The position numbers were made by a program, and so were the translations under genes. A DNA stretch of 64,000 bases from a virus. The notes under the pieces were generated by a model. The model saw only the letters and a list, made by a program, of their open reading frames with translations, did not search any database and had not been told where the DNA came from. The stretch spans positions 1 to 64,000 of the IMG/VR virus record IMGVR_UViG_3300022074_000019. One strand, given 5' to 3'. Below are positions 1 through 8,317 of this stretch, one piece after another (the stretch's first letter is position 1; the number at the start of each line of letters is the position of its first letter).

Positions 1-1
1 A

Positions 2-187
2 GGTTCATTCCAAAATTTACCTAACTCCAATATGGAAACTAATTCAGGTGCAACTCCTACACCTGTATATGGAGATGCTACCTCTGATGGATTAGATTTT
101 GCTAATAACTTTAAGATGAATGTTGCTAATCGTTTGGTGCCTGTCGAAGACGATGGGACAATTCGTCCTTCATCTATAAGATTTTAA
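2..187 (+). CDS. 3' end of a hypothetical protein running in from the left edge
   Basis: Frame 2 is open from the window edge to TAA at 185-187 and is followed by a terminator-like hairpin. Confidence 0.55.
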   Translation, partial: GSFQNLPNSNMETNSGATPTPVYGDATSDGLDFANNFKMNVANRLVPVEDDGTIRPSSIRF

Positions 188-219
188 CCACGTTAATAGT
201 GTGGTATTTCAAATTAATT

Positions 220-246
220 GCCCCGCAAGCAATGTGGGGTATTTTT
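220..246 (+). terminator. Intrinsic terminator
   Basis: GCCCCGCA-AGCAA-TGTGGGGT hairpin followed by ATTTTT. Confidence 0.6.
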
Positions 247-252
247 GTGCTT

Positions 253-370
253 AAAACCACGCTACTTACCCCTATCCCATATAAAGAGTTTTAAAAAAGA
301 TAGAGAGGGGGAGTGTAATAAAAAAGAGATATATAGGAAACTACCGTGGCTAAGCGCGGTTTGCGTGGTT
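253..370. other. Iteron/AT-core element A (candidate origin or recombination site)
   Basis: AACCACGC (255-262) and GCGTGGTT (363-370) are inverted ends. Three YGYGG units lie at 345-370 and the core is purine-skewed. Homologous to 25239-25350 in inverted orientation. Confidence 0.5.
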
Positions 371-522
371 CTGCTTAGGGTATTCCAAGGCAACATCCGT
401 TGCAGCGCAAGCGAATACGAGCAAAAAAACACTTGTAAGAATCTACTGCACTAAATGTAGTTCTGTAAAAATGTAGCCATATTGACACGTATAATTTTCC
501 GGATCCTGCTCAAGAGGGCCTT

Positions 523-672
523 TTGCAAAAACGTGTGACCGTCCTCTTGCCTGTGGACGTCCATCGGCGGCTCAAGCTCAAGAGCATCGATGAAGACACT
601 ACAATGAATGCTTTAATACAGCACGCTGTATCTCTGCTACTACAGCAATCTTCACAAGAAAATCCGATGTAA
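523..672 (+). CDS. Ribbon-helix-helix (CopG/ParG-like) DNA-binding protein, 49 aa; not in the ORF track
   Basis: TTG start after AAGAGGG. MQKRVTVLLPVDVHRRLKLKSIDEDTTMNALIQHAVSLLL has the typical beta-strand/helix/helix RHH pattern. Confidence 0.7.
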   Translation: MQKRVTVLLPVDVHRRLKLKSIDEDTTMNALIQHAVSLLLQQSSQENPM

Positions 673-707
673 TCAGATTTTTCTGTTTAACTGAATATCT
701 TCTAAAG

Positions 708-723
708 GCCGGTTAACACCGGC
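708..723 (+). repeat. Hairpin repeat copy 1, GCCGGTTAACACCGGC
   Basis: 6-bp stem with TAAC loop, followed by TTTT. Confidence 0.9.
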
Positions 724-758
724 TTTTGATTTTGGTGTTCTATATACATGTCCAACAC

Positions 759-1721
759 ATGCCCGCGAATTTCACATCCGGCTGGCTCGGCAACGGTGAA
801 GCTGCATGGCACGGCCAAGGCGTCGTTACTGAAGGCACACTTCCTGCGCGAGAGGCGTTTGAAACCGCAGACGCACTCTTCGAAGTCGAGAAGCGAGAGC
901 TTCAGTTCCCGACATACTCAGTTGTCGGAGCTAATGAAGCAAACTGCTGGTCAAACACACCGGCCGGTGTCTTCGGAGTTGTCCGCACTGACACCCAAGC
1001 ACTCCTTGGTGTCGTCAGTAAGCAATACGAAATCGTCCAGAATGATTCACTCCTTCGGATGGCCGAGTTCATCCGCGAAGAGGCAGACATGGACAGCGTC
1101 GTCGTACTGGCTGACGGTGCCAAGGTCTGTTTTACCGCCACACTCCGTGGTGCGGAGACGGACATCGTCCCTGGCGACACAATCAAACGACGTCTCGTCG
1201 GTTATTTAGGACACGATGGTAAAACTGGCTGCGGTGCAATCTTTACGAATGTCCGTGTGGTCTGCTGTAACACCTTGGCTGCTGCACTCAATAGCAAGAA
1301 CAAAGTGTCCGTTCACCACAAAAGTGGAGCGAATGCAAGCTTCGACGCTCTCATCTCGTCCATTGACGTGGCACGACAGACGTTCGCTCAAGAAGCGGAT
1401 CTAATGCGTGAGTTTACTCGTGTCTCTATGGGGCACACCGTCTTCAATGAGTACCTTGATGAGGTATATCAGATTGAAGAGGGTCAAAAGTTTCGCAAAC
1501 GTGACAAGTTGAACCGTGCCTTTCGCCATGGTTTGGGTGCTGACTATGCACCTATGTCTCTCTGGAACGCAGTGAATGCTGTCACAGAGATCGAGACATC
1601 TACTCGTAATCAAACTGCAGCTGGCGCACGACGTCAGTTTGCTCGCGCTAACTTTGGAATAGGGCGGCAAATGAGCAGTCGTGCCATTGAGGTAGCTACT
1701 GCCTATTTATCTGCCGTTTGA
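759..1721 (+). CDS. DUF932-family phage/plasmid protein
   Basis: AWHGQG N-terminal motif, LGVVSKQYEIVQN, HDG, VRVVCCNTL and LWNAVNAVTE. Start refined to ATG 759. Confidence 0.8.
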   Translation: MPANFTSGWLGNGEAAWHGQGVVTEGTLPAREAFETADALFEVEKRELQFPTYSVVGANEANCWSNTPAGVFGVVRTDTQALLGVVSKQYEIVQNDSLLRMAEFIREEADMDSVVVLADGAKVCFTATLRGAETDIVPGDTIKRRLVGYLGHDGKTGCGAIFTNVRVVCCNTLAAALNSKNKVSVHHKSGANASFDALISSIDVARQTFAQEADLMREFTRVSMGHTVFNEYLDEVYQIEEGQKFRKRDKLNRAFRHGLGADYAPMSLWNAVNAVTEIETSTRNQTAAGARRQFARANFGIGRQMSSRAIEVATAYLSAV

Positions 1722-1789
1722 TTATTCAGTAAAGCCTCACATTCTGTGGGGCTTAATTGTTACTTTATAGTTTGTATGAATTATTATCT

Positions 1790-2128
1790 ATGCACAAAAT
1801 TATTGGTACTGCTCTTGCTGCTTTGTGCTGCCTTTCATTACCCAGTGAAAGCAAATCAACAATGCTTTCTTCCTGGTATGGCCCAGGTTTCCACGGCAGA
1901 CTCACAGCTAATGGTGAAAGGTACGATATGCACGGACTTACCGCTGCACATAAAACCCTACCTTTCGGCACAAAACTGGAAGTCTGCTTTAAACGATGCG
2001 CAACCGTTCGTATCAATGATCGGGGTCCTTTCATTGGGTCTCGCGAGCTTGATCTTAGTTACGGAGCCGCAAAAGTGATCGGACTTGTTAAGTCTGGCGT
2101 AGCAAATATTGAAGTAACTTATCTCTGA
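1790..2128 (+). CDS. RlpA-like double-psi beta-barrel lytic transglycosylase
   Basis: Signal peptide, then SWYGPGFHGRLTANGE, TAAHKTLPFGT and VRINDRGPF...LDLSYGAA. Confidence 0.9.
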   Translation: MHKIIGTALAALCCLSLPSESKSTMLSSWYGPGFHGRLTANGERYDMHGLTAAHKTLPFGTKLEVCFKRCATVRINDRGPFIGSRELDLSYGAAKVIGLVKSGVANIEVTYL

Positions 2129-2167
2129 CAATCTCTTATTTCTGGATTTTTAGAGATATATTGAAAT

Positions 2168-2198
2168 TAGTTGGGAGTAGTCCAACTACTCCTGACTA
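2168..2198 (+). promoter_or_regulatory. 13-bp 5' leader hairpin
   Basis: TAGTTGGGAGTAG/CTACTCCTGACTA stem with two G-U pairs, between a TATATT box and an AAGGAGG SD. Confidence 0.5.
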
Positions 2199-2216
2199 TT
2201 AATGAAAAGGAGGATT

Positions 2217-2366
2217 ATGTCTCATACGATTCGAAACGAGCGCACGAAAGGTTGGCTCGACAAGCTTGCACTAAAACGCAGGACAAAGAAGCTTATCCGA
2301 GATATCAAGAACGAAGATTTCTCGATCAATTTCGATGAAGATCATATCCCTTCAGCAGAAATTTGA
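2217..2366 (+). CDS. Small hypothetical protein, 49 aa (basic N-terminus, acidic C-terminus)
   Basis: Strong AAGGAGG SD; MSHTIRNERTKGWLDKLALKRRTKK... Confidence 0.65.
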   Translation: MSHTIRNERTKGWLDKLALKRRTKKLIRDIKNEDFSINFDEDHIPSAEI

Positions 2367-2408
2367 GTATAAATACGACGTTATTTGTGCTTATCATAAC
2401 TTAACATT

Positions 2409-2442
2409 GGGTATGTAGGAGTTAACCCTCTGAGTCATACCC
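2409..2442 (+). promoter_or_regulatory. psbA 5' UTR stem-loop
   Basis: GGGTATG...CATACCC outer stem with an inner stem, 21 nt upstream of the psbA ATG. Confidence 0.45.
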
Positions 2443-2463
2443 GCACAAGAAACGTCTTTTTAA

Positions 2464-3549
2464 ATGTCTATTAGCACCATCGCGGGTGCCCAGTCTCGCA
2501 AAAATAACTGGGATTACTTTTGTGAATGGGTCACTAGCACAAACAACCGTCTGTATGTCGGTTGGTTTGGCGTCTTGATGATCCCTACGTTGCTTGCAGC
2601 AACTATTTGTTTTATTACTGCTTTTGTAGCAGCACCTCCAGTCGATATCGATGGCATACGTGAGCCTGTCTCAGGGTCCTTACTCTGGGGTAACAACATT
2701 ATCTCAGGAGCAGTCGTGCCTAGCTCCAACGCAATCGGGCTACATTTGTACTCAATCTGGGAAGCCAGTAGTCTTGACGAATGGCTTTATAACGGCGGCC
2801 CTTACCAGCTCGTTGTGTTCCACTTCCTTATCGGTGTCTTTGCTTACTTGGGACGAGAATGGGAACTTAGTTATAGACTAGGAATGAGGCCCTGGATTTG
2901 CGTTGCATACAGCGCACCTGTGGCTGCTGCAACTGCTGTATTTCTGGTATATCCCTTTGGACAAGGTAGTTTTTCTGATGGGATGCCCCTCGGTATCTCT
3001 GGAACTTTCAACTATATGCTTGTCTTCCAAGCGGAGCACAATATTCTCATGCATCCATTTCATATGCTGGGCGTTGCCGGCGTATTCGGTGGGGCTTTGT
3101 TTAGTGCTATGCACGGAAGCTTGGTTACTTCTTCTCTCATTAGAGAAACGAGTGAGACGGTAAGTCAAAACTATGGCTACAAGTTCGGCCAAGAGGAAGA
3201 GACCTACAACATCGTAGCTGCCCACGGTTACTTCGGTCGCCTGATCTTCCAATACGCCTCCTTCAACAACAGCCGTAGCCTTCACTTCTTCCTGGCTGCC
3301 TGGCCTGTTGTCGGCATCTGGTTCACCGCCCTCGGCGTGTCAACCATGGCCTTCAACCTGAACGGCTTCAACTTTAACCAATCTATTGTTGAATCCCAAG
3401 GACATGTGATTAACACTTGGGCTGACGTGTTGAATCGTGCCAGCCTCGGCATGGAAGTGATGCACGAGCGCAACGCTCACAACTTCCCCCTCGACCTGGC
3501 TGCTGCTAATTCCACTCCTGTGGCCTTGATCGCACCAGCTATTGGTTGA
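2464..3549 (+). CDS. psbA: Photosystem II D1 protein
   Basis: [33 protein letters not shown] and [16 protein letters not shown]. Confidence 0.99.
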   Translation: MSISTIAGAQSRKNNWDYFCEWVTSTNNRLYVGWFGVLMIPTLLAATICFITAFVAAPPVDIDGIREPVSGSLLWGNNIISGAVVPSSNAIGLHLYSIWEASSLDEWLYNGGPYQLVVFHFLIGVFAYLGREWELSYRLGMRPWICVAYSAPVAAATAVFLVYPFGQGSFSDGMPLGISGTFNYMLVFQAEHNILMHPFHMLGVAGVFGGALFSAMHGSLVTSSLIRETSETVSQNYGYKFGQEEETYNIVAAHGYFGRLIFQYASFNNSRSLHFFLAAWPVVGIWFTALGVSTMAFNLNGFNFNQSIVESQGHVINTWADVLNRASLGMEVMHERNAHNFPLDLAAANSTPVALIAPAIG

Positions 3550-3654
3550 TTCCAATACATTACCGCTTTGGGTGTATTTAGTAGGAGTCTTTCTTCTACT
3601 ATTTACACTTTTTTGCTTTATTGTGATGGTGTTAGGAAATGTTTTAATTTAACA

Positions 3655-4305
3655 ATGAAAATCTTTTTAGATACTGCAGATATCACAACAATTAAAAATC
3701 TTGTTAGCACTGGTTTAATTGATGGCATCACCACGAATCCAACACTGATTCGTAAATCTGGAGAAAATCCTGAGGATGTTTATTCTGCAATTGCTGATTT
3801 AGGTGTTACTGATATTTCTATGGAAGTATATGGTGACGCTTTGCAAATGTACGATGATGCCATTAGGCTTTCAGATAAATACGGCAAAGTAGCAACAATC
3901 AAACTTCCTATGACACAGGACGGACTACAAGTCTGTCGTCAGTTGTCTAAGGAGTTGATTCGTACCAATGTCACTCTCATCTTTACCATTCCACAAGCAA
4001 TCCTCGCAGCTAAAGCTGGAGCAACCTATGTCTCACCATTCGTGGGACGGCTGGACGACCAGCAAGTAGCTGGGCTTGAAGTTGTACGTGGTATCTCAGG
4101 CTTGTATTCAATGAAAGGTGTACGAACTCAAATTCTTGCTGCATCTATCAGAACAGTGCAACGCGCCGTCCGCTCTTTCTATAACGGAGCAGATATCGTA
4201 ACTATGCCCCCTAATGTTTTTACCAAGATGTATGACCACATTCTTACTGACAAAGGACTAGAGATCTTTGATGCTGATATTGCAGCAATTGAATCTAAAA
4301 CTTGA
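3655..4305 (+). CDS. talC: Transaldolase (TalC/FSA family)
   Basis: MKIFLDTAD, GITTNPTLI, IKLP catalytic Lys, YVSPFVGRLDD and ILAASIR. Confidence 0.95.
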   Translation: MKIFLDTADITTIKNLVSTGLIDGITTNPTLIRKSGENPEDVYSAIADLGVTDISMEVYGDALQMYDDAIRLSDKYGKVATIKLPMTQDGLQVCRQLSKELIRTNVTLIFTIPQAILAAKAGATYVSPFVGRLDDQQVAGLEVVRGISGLYSMKGVRTQILAASIRTVQRAVRSFYNGADIVTMPPNVFTKMYDHILTDKGLEIFDADIAAIESKT

Positions 4306-4334
4306 TAGACTTATATTTATAAGAATTACCCAAG

Positions 4335-4526
4335 ATGACTATTACAACTGAAGATGGCGATAGGCAAAATATCTTCGCCAAAGAACCACAAATTAAACTT
4401 ATGGAGGTTTCCGTGACTCACAACGAAAAAGCTGAACAACTCAATGGCCGTGTCGCAATGCTCGGCATTATTGCCGCTCTTGGTGCATACGCCGTAACTG
4501 GTCAAATTATTCCTGGCCTTTGGTAA
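4335..4526 (+). CDS. hli: High-light inducible protein
   Basis: AEQLNGRVAMLG...TGQIIPG chlorophyll-binding motif. Confidence 0.95.
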   Translation: MTITTEDGDRQNIFAKEPQIKLMEVSVTHNEKAEQLNGRVAMLGIIAALGAYAVTGQIIPGLW

Positions 4527-4532
4527 ATAATC

Positions 4533-4554
4533 AGGCTCCTTCGGGAGCTTTTTT
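4533..4554 (+). terminator. Intrinsic terminator with UUCG loop
   Basis: GGCTCC-TTCG-GGAGCT followed by a T tract. Confidence 0.85.
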
Positions 4555-4652
4555 ATTATGAAAAGTTTTAATATTTCTGTGGTCGTAATGCTTACGGCCG
4601 TTCTTGTTGCTTCTTATCTTGTCATAAAACCTCTTCAACATCTCCCTTTCTG

Positions 4653-4901
4653 ATGACTGACTTTACACGAGAAGAGTTGCGTGATGTGATGCACGCTATC
4701 CGTCATTATCAGATCTATCACGTTTCTATCAATAATCCTCGTTATGAGGAATACAATTCAATTTTGGACAAACTGGAATCAGCTGTTGCTAAAACTGAAC
4801 CCGAGTTATCTGATTTTGCATTTGATCGCAAAGTATTTTTGAACTGGCTAGAAGCTCGGCAGCAAGAATGGGAGATTGACGAAAGAAATGAAACTCAATG
4901 A
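4653..4901 (+). CDS. Hypothetical protein
   Basis: ATG ORF co-oriented with the operon. Confidence 0.6.
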   Translation: MTDFTREELRDVMHAIRHYQIYHVSINNPRYEEYNSILDKLESAVAKTEPELSDFAFDRKVFLNWLEARQQEWEIDERNETQ

Positions 4902-4932
4902 TAAAATGTGAAGAGCCCTTCTTGTTATTCTA

Positions 4933-5157
4933 ATGTTGGAGGCCATAATTCCATTGGCAGTTGCCTCCGTCACCGGAGTGGCAGCTATGGCAGCGAAATT
5001 TAATCATTCACTTCATATACTTGATCGTCGTATTGATGAAGTAGAGCTACGCGTTGCTGAGCAATACGTAACGAAAGCTGACATGACTTTGATGTTCAAC
5101 AAAATGGAAGATTGGATGATTCGAATTGAAGATAAGATTGATCGAATTGCCCGCTAA
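4933..5157 (+). CDS. Small membrane-anchored coiled-coil protein (holin-like architecture)
   Basis: N-terminal TM segment, then LDRRIDEVELRVAEQYVTKAD...RIEDKID. Confidence 0.6.
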   Translation: MLEAIIPLAVASVTGVAAMAAKFNHSLHILDRRIDEVELRVAEQYVTKADMTLMFNKMEDWMIRIEDKIDRIAR

Positions 5158-5190
5158 TATTTATAAAATTTTCCTTAATCAACCACACTT

Positions 5191-5206
5191 GCCGGCTAAC
5201 ACCGGC
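5191..5206 (+). repeat. Hairpin repeat copy 2, GCCGGCTAACACCGGC
   Basis: Variant with a C/A inner mismatch, immediately followed by TAGATT. Confidence 0.85.
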
Positions 5207-5252
5207 TAGATTAATAGTGTCCGAAAGGGCGATGAATATATCTCCACGTTGA

Positions 5253-5420
5253 ATGGAAATCTCAAGACCACAATTAAATGAGATCACCGAAGTGATCGAA
5301 GATACTGTTGAATATTTCTGCGACCAACAAACTATTTCTGGTGAGCTTGGTTGGACCATTGTCGAAACTCTTGCTACTGCAAAGCTTGCCGAACTTCGTG
5401 GTGAACTGTCCCACGTATGA
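5253..5420 (+). CDS. Small hypothetical protein, 55 aa
   Basis: MEISRPQLNEITEVIEDTVEYFCDQQTISGELGWTIVETLATAKLAEL; below the ORF-track cutoff. Confidence 0.65.
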   Translation: MEISRPQLNEITEVIEDTVEYFCDQQTISGELGWTIVETLATAKLAELRGELSHV

Positions 5421-5588
5421 GAGTTACTATCAAAGAACTCCTTCCGCACATTGACAACTATTTGTGTGCGCTAGTGAATACCCGCTACGTTGATCAGCAG
5501 GAATTGTTTTCTGCTGTGGCTTCTATGTGCCAGAAGCGAGCTAACAGGCTAGCAGCACTAGATCCCGCTCGAAATAAATAAAGACCAT

Positions 5589-5604
5589 ACCGGCTAACGC
5601 CGGT
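5589..5604 (+). repeat. Hairpin repeat copy 3, ACCGGCTAACGCCGGT
   Basis: Two compensatory base-pair changes relative to copy 1. Confidence 0.85.
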
Positions 5605-5657
5605 CTTTAGTTTCATTGTCGTTTAACGACACATCGTTTATTTACATTTTTACAATC

Positions 5658-6281
5658 ATGACAATTACTCCTGCTAACAACGATGTCAACGCTCTCGTGG
5701 CCGATGTCTCTACTGGAGATGTAACTGTTGACTTCATGTTTGGAGTTGGACTGGTCAAGGACTCAGAAGCTGTGTTCTTTCAGTACGTCGGTGACAATGC
5801 TACGCCTCAAGCTCTTGTTCAAGCCAACGGCAAGCCTGTGACCCGCATTGGTAACGTTTATCTGTCTGGCATCAGCATTGTTGAGGACTTTGGTGAGTTC
5901 AACCAGACCAAGCTGAACATTTTCCTCAAAACTCAGCAAGGCGCTTCTGTGATGCTTACTTCTGGTCTTACGACCATTTGGTCACAGTGCCTGCTCACCA
6001 GCCTTCAGGGGCTCGTCAACGACAGCTCCGTGTCTTCTTTGATCTCCATCGATTCCTGGAAAGGCACTAGCAAGATGCGTCCTTGCTTTGCAGCCATTCG
6101 CAATGGACAAACCAAAGTCACTTGCAATGACACCTACAGCTTGTTTGTCGAGGCTCGTGCCAATCGTGACTCTCAAGCCAAAGAAACCATTGCTCGTAAT
6201 GTTGTTGCTAATGTTCAAGCGCTTCTCGATGGTGAAGTTGAAGAACTGACTGTTACTCAACCTGAAAGCACTTCTTTCTGA
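5658..6281 (+). CDS. Hypothetical protein
   Basis: Long ORF; ATG 5658 is the likely start. Confidence 0.75.
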   Translation: MTITPANNDVNALVADVSTGDVTVDFMFGVGLVKDSEAVFFQYVGDNATPQALVQANGKPVTRIGNVYLSGISIVEDFGEFNQTKLNIFLKTQQGASVMLTSGLTTIWSQCLLTSLQGLVNDSSVSSLISIDSWKGTSKMRPCFAAIRNGQTKVTCNDTYSLFVEARANRDSQAKETIARNVVANVQALLDGEVEELTVTQPESTSF

Positions 6282-6466
6282 TGCAACGACATACAGCTGA
6301 ATCACTTGCTCGGCTGAAGAATGTGCGGCGCAACATCAGCGCCGTATTACTTAATCTTCCAGTTATTCCTAGTGAAACCTCTGTGTCGACATTTCTCACA
6401 ATGCTCGATCACTTTGCTGAAAACCCTGATGACTACAGGGACTTACTTGAATCTAAAAACAAATGA
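6281..6466 (+). CDS. Hypothetical protein
   Basis: Start overlaps the upstream stop (TGATG). Confidence 0.6.
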   Translation: MQRHTAESLARLKNVRRNISAVLLNLPVIPSETSVSTFLTMLDHFAENPDDYRDLLESKNK

Positions 6467-6684
6467 GCGGAACTGCACTACTCAACGACTATGACATTCT
6501 CGATGTCGTATGCCTGTGCCACGCAGCACTGGCCCAAGACTCACCAGAAACTCCTACGTTCTATATCAACCAGATACTCAACCTCATGTTTGGTTATCTG
6601 TCTGTGGAACAACGCAAGGAAGTCGAAGAATACCTTGCTGAGAAAAAGTATCTGCCTGATGTGAAAATTGAATTAGCAAAATGA
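6463..6684 (+). CDS. Hypothetical protein
   Basis: ATGA-type coupling to both neighbours. Confidence 0.65.
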   Translation: MSGTALLNDYDILDVVCLCHAALAQDSPETPTFYINQILNLMFGYLSVEQRKEVEEYLAEKKYLPDVKIELAK

Positions 6685-6845
6685 AGACCTATGACATTGT
6701 CTATATAGACAAAATTGGAGATAAACAAGACTACAAAGTAACTGCTACTGACGTTCGGGAATCAATCAAGATTGCTCTTGAGCAGTGCCCTGACGCTCGT
6801 CGAATCATCTCTTCTAAACCATCTAATGTTCAAAACACAAACTGA
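6681..6845 (+). CDS. Small hypothetical protein, 54 aa
   Basis: ATGA overlap; MKTYDIVYIDKIGDKQDYKV... Confidence 0.55.
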   Translation: MKTYDIVYIDKIGDKQDYKVTATDVRESIKIALEQCPDARRIISSKPSNVQNTN

Positions 6846-6846
6846 A

Positions 6847-7137
6847 ATGGAAGCCATCGTGGTTTCACAGCCGTCAATGCGGACTGTGTTCAACCCGGTG
6901 ACTTTCACTGAAGATCCTCACTATGGTTATGACGCCGAAATTCAATATAAACGAAAGCCTCCAGCTACTCGTCTTATCATTTGTAGTGTGCTTGATACTG
7001 TCCGCAGCGGTGAGCCAGTAATGATTACATATCATTCTGGTATGCGTTGTTATCAACACAGTCGGCACGTAGTTACTTCAAATGAAGATAATTGTATTGG
7101 TGGCTTCTATTTCACTGACGGTACTCCTGCTAATTAA
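6847..7137 (+). CDS. Hypothetical protein
   Basis: Fills the operon gap; start uncertain. Confidence 0.55.
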   Translation: MEAIVVSQPSMRTVFNPVTFTEDPHYGYDAEIQYKRKPPATRLIICSVLDTVRSGEPVMITYHSGMRCYQHSRHVVTSNEDNCIGGFYFTDGTPAN

Positions 7138-7138
7138 T

Positions 7139-7489
7139 ATGATGAAAAACTATCATATCTATGTGTTTACACAAGATGCTTGCCCACCCTGCATTCGTCT
7201 TAAGAACTTTGTCAGTACTCTGCCTGAACCTGATCAAGCAGAGATTGATTATGTTCCAATGAAAACTGTTTCTGGGCAGCGCACTGCATTGGCTGAAGAG
7301 CTTGGTGTAGAACTTACACCCACGCTCGTTGTTATTCATGAAGATATCTTCTGTGAACTTGACGACGATAGTGAAGATGAGTTTTGTGATCGAGTAGCCG
7401 AACCAGTTGAGCGCTTCGTTGGAGCTAATAACATTATTGAAAATCTTGATTCAACGATTGATGCTTATACTTACGCACACTCTGAATAA
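7139..7489 (+). CDS. Thioredoxin/glutaredoxin-like protein
   Basis: VFTQDACPPC CxxC motif and GVELTPTL cis-Pro motif; lies upstream of RNR. Confidence 0.8.
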   Translation: MMKNYHIYVFTQDACPPCIRLKNFVSTLPEPDQAEIDYVPMKTVSGQRTALAEELGVELTPTLVVIHEDIFCELDDDSEDEFCDRVAEPVERFVGANNIIENLDSTIDAYTYAHSE

Positions 7490-7501
7490 GATAATTTTAA
7501 A

Positions 7502-7684
7502 ATGACTAGCCAAGATCTCCTGTCCCTTTCTAATAAATTAGAAGATTGCATTCCTCTGCTTAAACGGGCAGGAGCTAAAGCTGATGTAGAACTTCTTCGG
7601 GAATTGTTCCAGAAGTATTACCGGAAATATTCAACTGTTAAAACTAATGAGCAAGAAAGCAAACGTAATCGAAGCCAAGGGTAA
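7502..7684 (+). CDS. Hypothetical protein
   Basis: ATG ORF within the operon. Confidence 0.5.
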   Translation: MTSQDLLSLSNKLEDCIPLLKRAGAKADVELLRELFQKYYRKYSTVKTNEQESKRNRSQG

Positions 7685-7874
7685 GATTTACAAAGAAAGC
7701 GGCAACGGATATTTCAATGTAGAGCTTGATGAACCTGAAGGTCATCAGTGTCTCTGCCGTGCATCTGGCCGTTTAATCACGCGCAAGATCCAGCTTCTGG
7801 TTGGTGATCGTGTAACTGTAGAACTATCCCCTTTTGACCTCAGCCGAGGTCGTATCACACTGCGAGATAAATAA
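7647..7874 (+). CDS. infA: Translation initiation factor IF-1
   Basis: 75 aa; MSKKANVIEAKG...FNVEL...SGRL...IQLLVGDRVTVELSPFDLSRGRITLR matches IF-1. Confidence 0.92.
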   Translation: MSKKANVIEAKGKIYKESGNGYFNVELDEPEGHQCLCRASGRLITRKIQLLVGDRVTVELSPFDLSRGRITLRDK

Positions 7875-8317
7875 TGTCACTAGGTAATCAAGCACGGACC
7901 TTCCGTGAAGTTTTTAATCAACAAGTACTTTCTAATTTTTCTGCATATGGTCACATCAATTCGGACCTATGGAATATGCAGATTGATTTGATTCGTGAAG
8001 AATCTACAGAATTCATTGAGGCGGCTGATGAATGTTTTGCTGATCCTGAAAACCTTGATAGAAGAACCGATCTAGCTAAAGAATTGTCTGATCTTGTCTT
8101 TGTTTGTTATCAGTTTGCAGCTGCTTTTAGCATTGATCTAGATAGGGCTATGAACCTCGTGTTTAACTCCAATATGAGTAAACTAGATGAACACGGAATG
8201 CCAATTTACAGAGAAGATGGCAAGGTCTTGAAAGGACCTAACTATGAACCGCCGGATCTTTCTTCCTGCGTTCCAGAACCAATGCTCACTTTTGATTACG
8301 ATACACATGGAAAATAA
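7874..8317 (+). CDS. MazG-like / PRA-PH family NTP pyrophosphohydrolase
   Basis: LIREESTE, KELSDL and SNMSKLD...PIYREDGKVLKGPNY. Confidence 0.85.
   Translation: MSLGNQARTFREVFNQQVLSNFSAYGHINSDLWNMQIDLIREESTEFIEAADECFADPENLDRRTDLAKELSDLVFVCYQFAAAFSIDLDRAMNLVFNSNMSKLDEHGMPIYREDGKVLKGPNYEPPDLSSCVPEPMLTFDYDTHGK

Noticed and set aside
218-454. 78-aa ORF in the track
   Set aside because: Starts within a terminator and crosses the low-complexity iteron element; no SD and no coding-like composition.
482-495. TTGACA and TATAAT close together
   Set aside because: The spacer is only 2 nt, so they cannot be one sigma-70 promoter; TATAAT alone may still function.
748-1209. 153-aa alternative-frame ORF inside the DUF932 gene
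   Set aside because: Ser/Arg-rich off-frame product typical of chance open frames.
2878-3285. 135-aa ORF antisense to psbA
   Set aside because: Shadow of a conserved, codon-biased gene.
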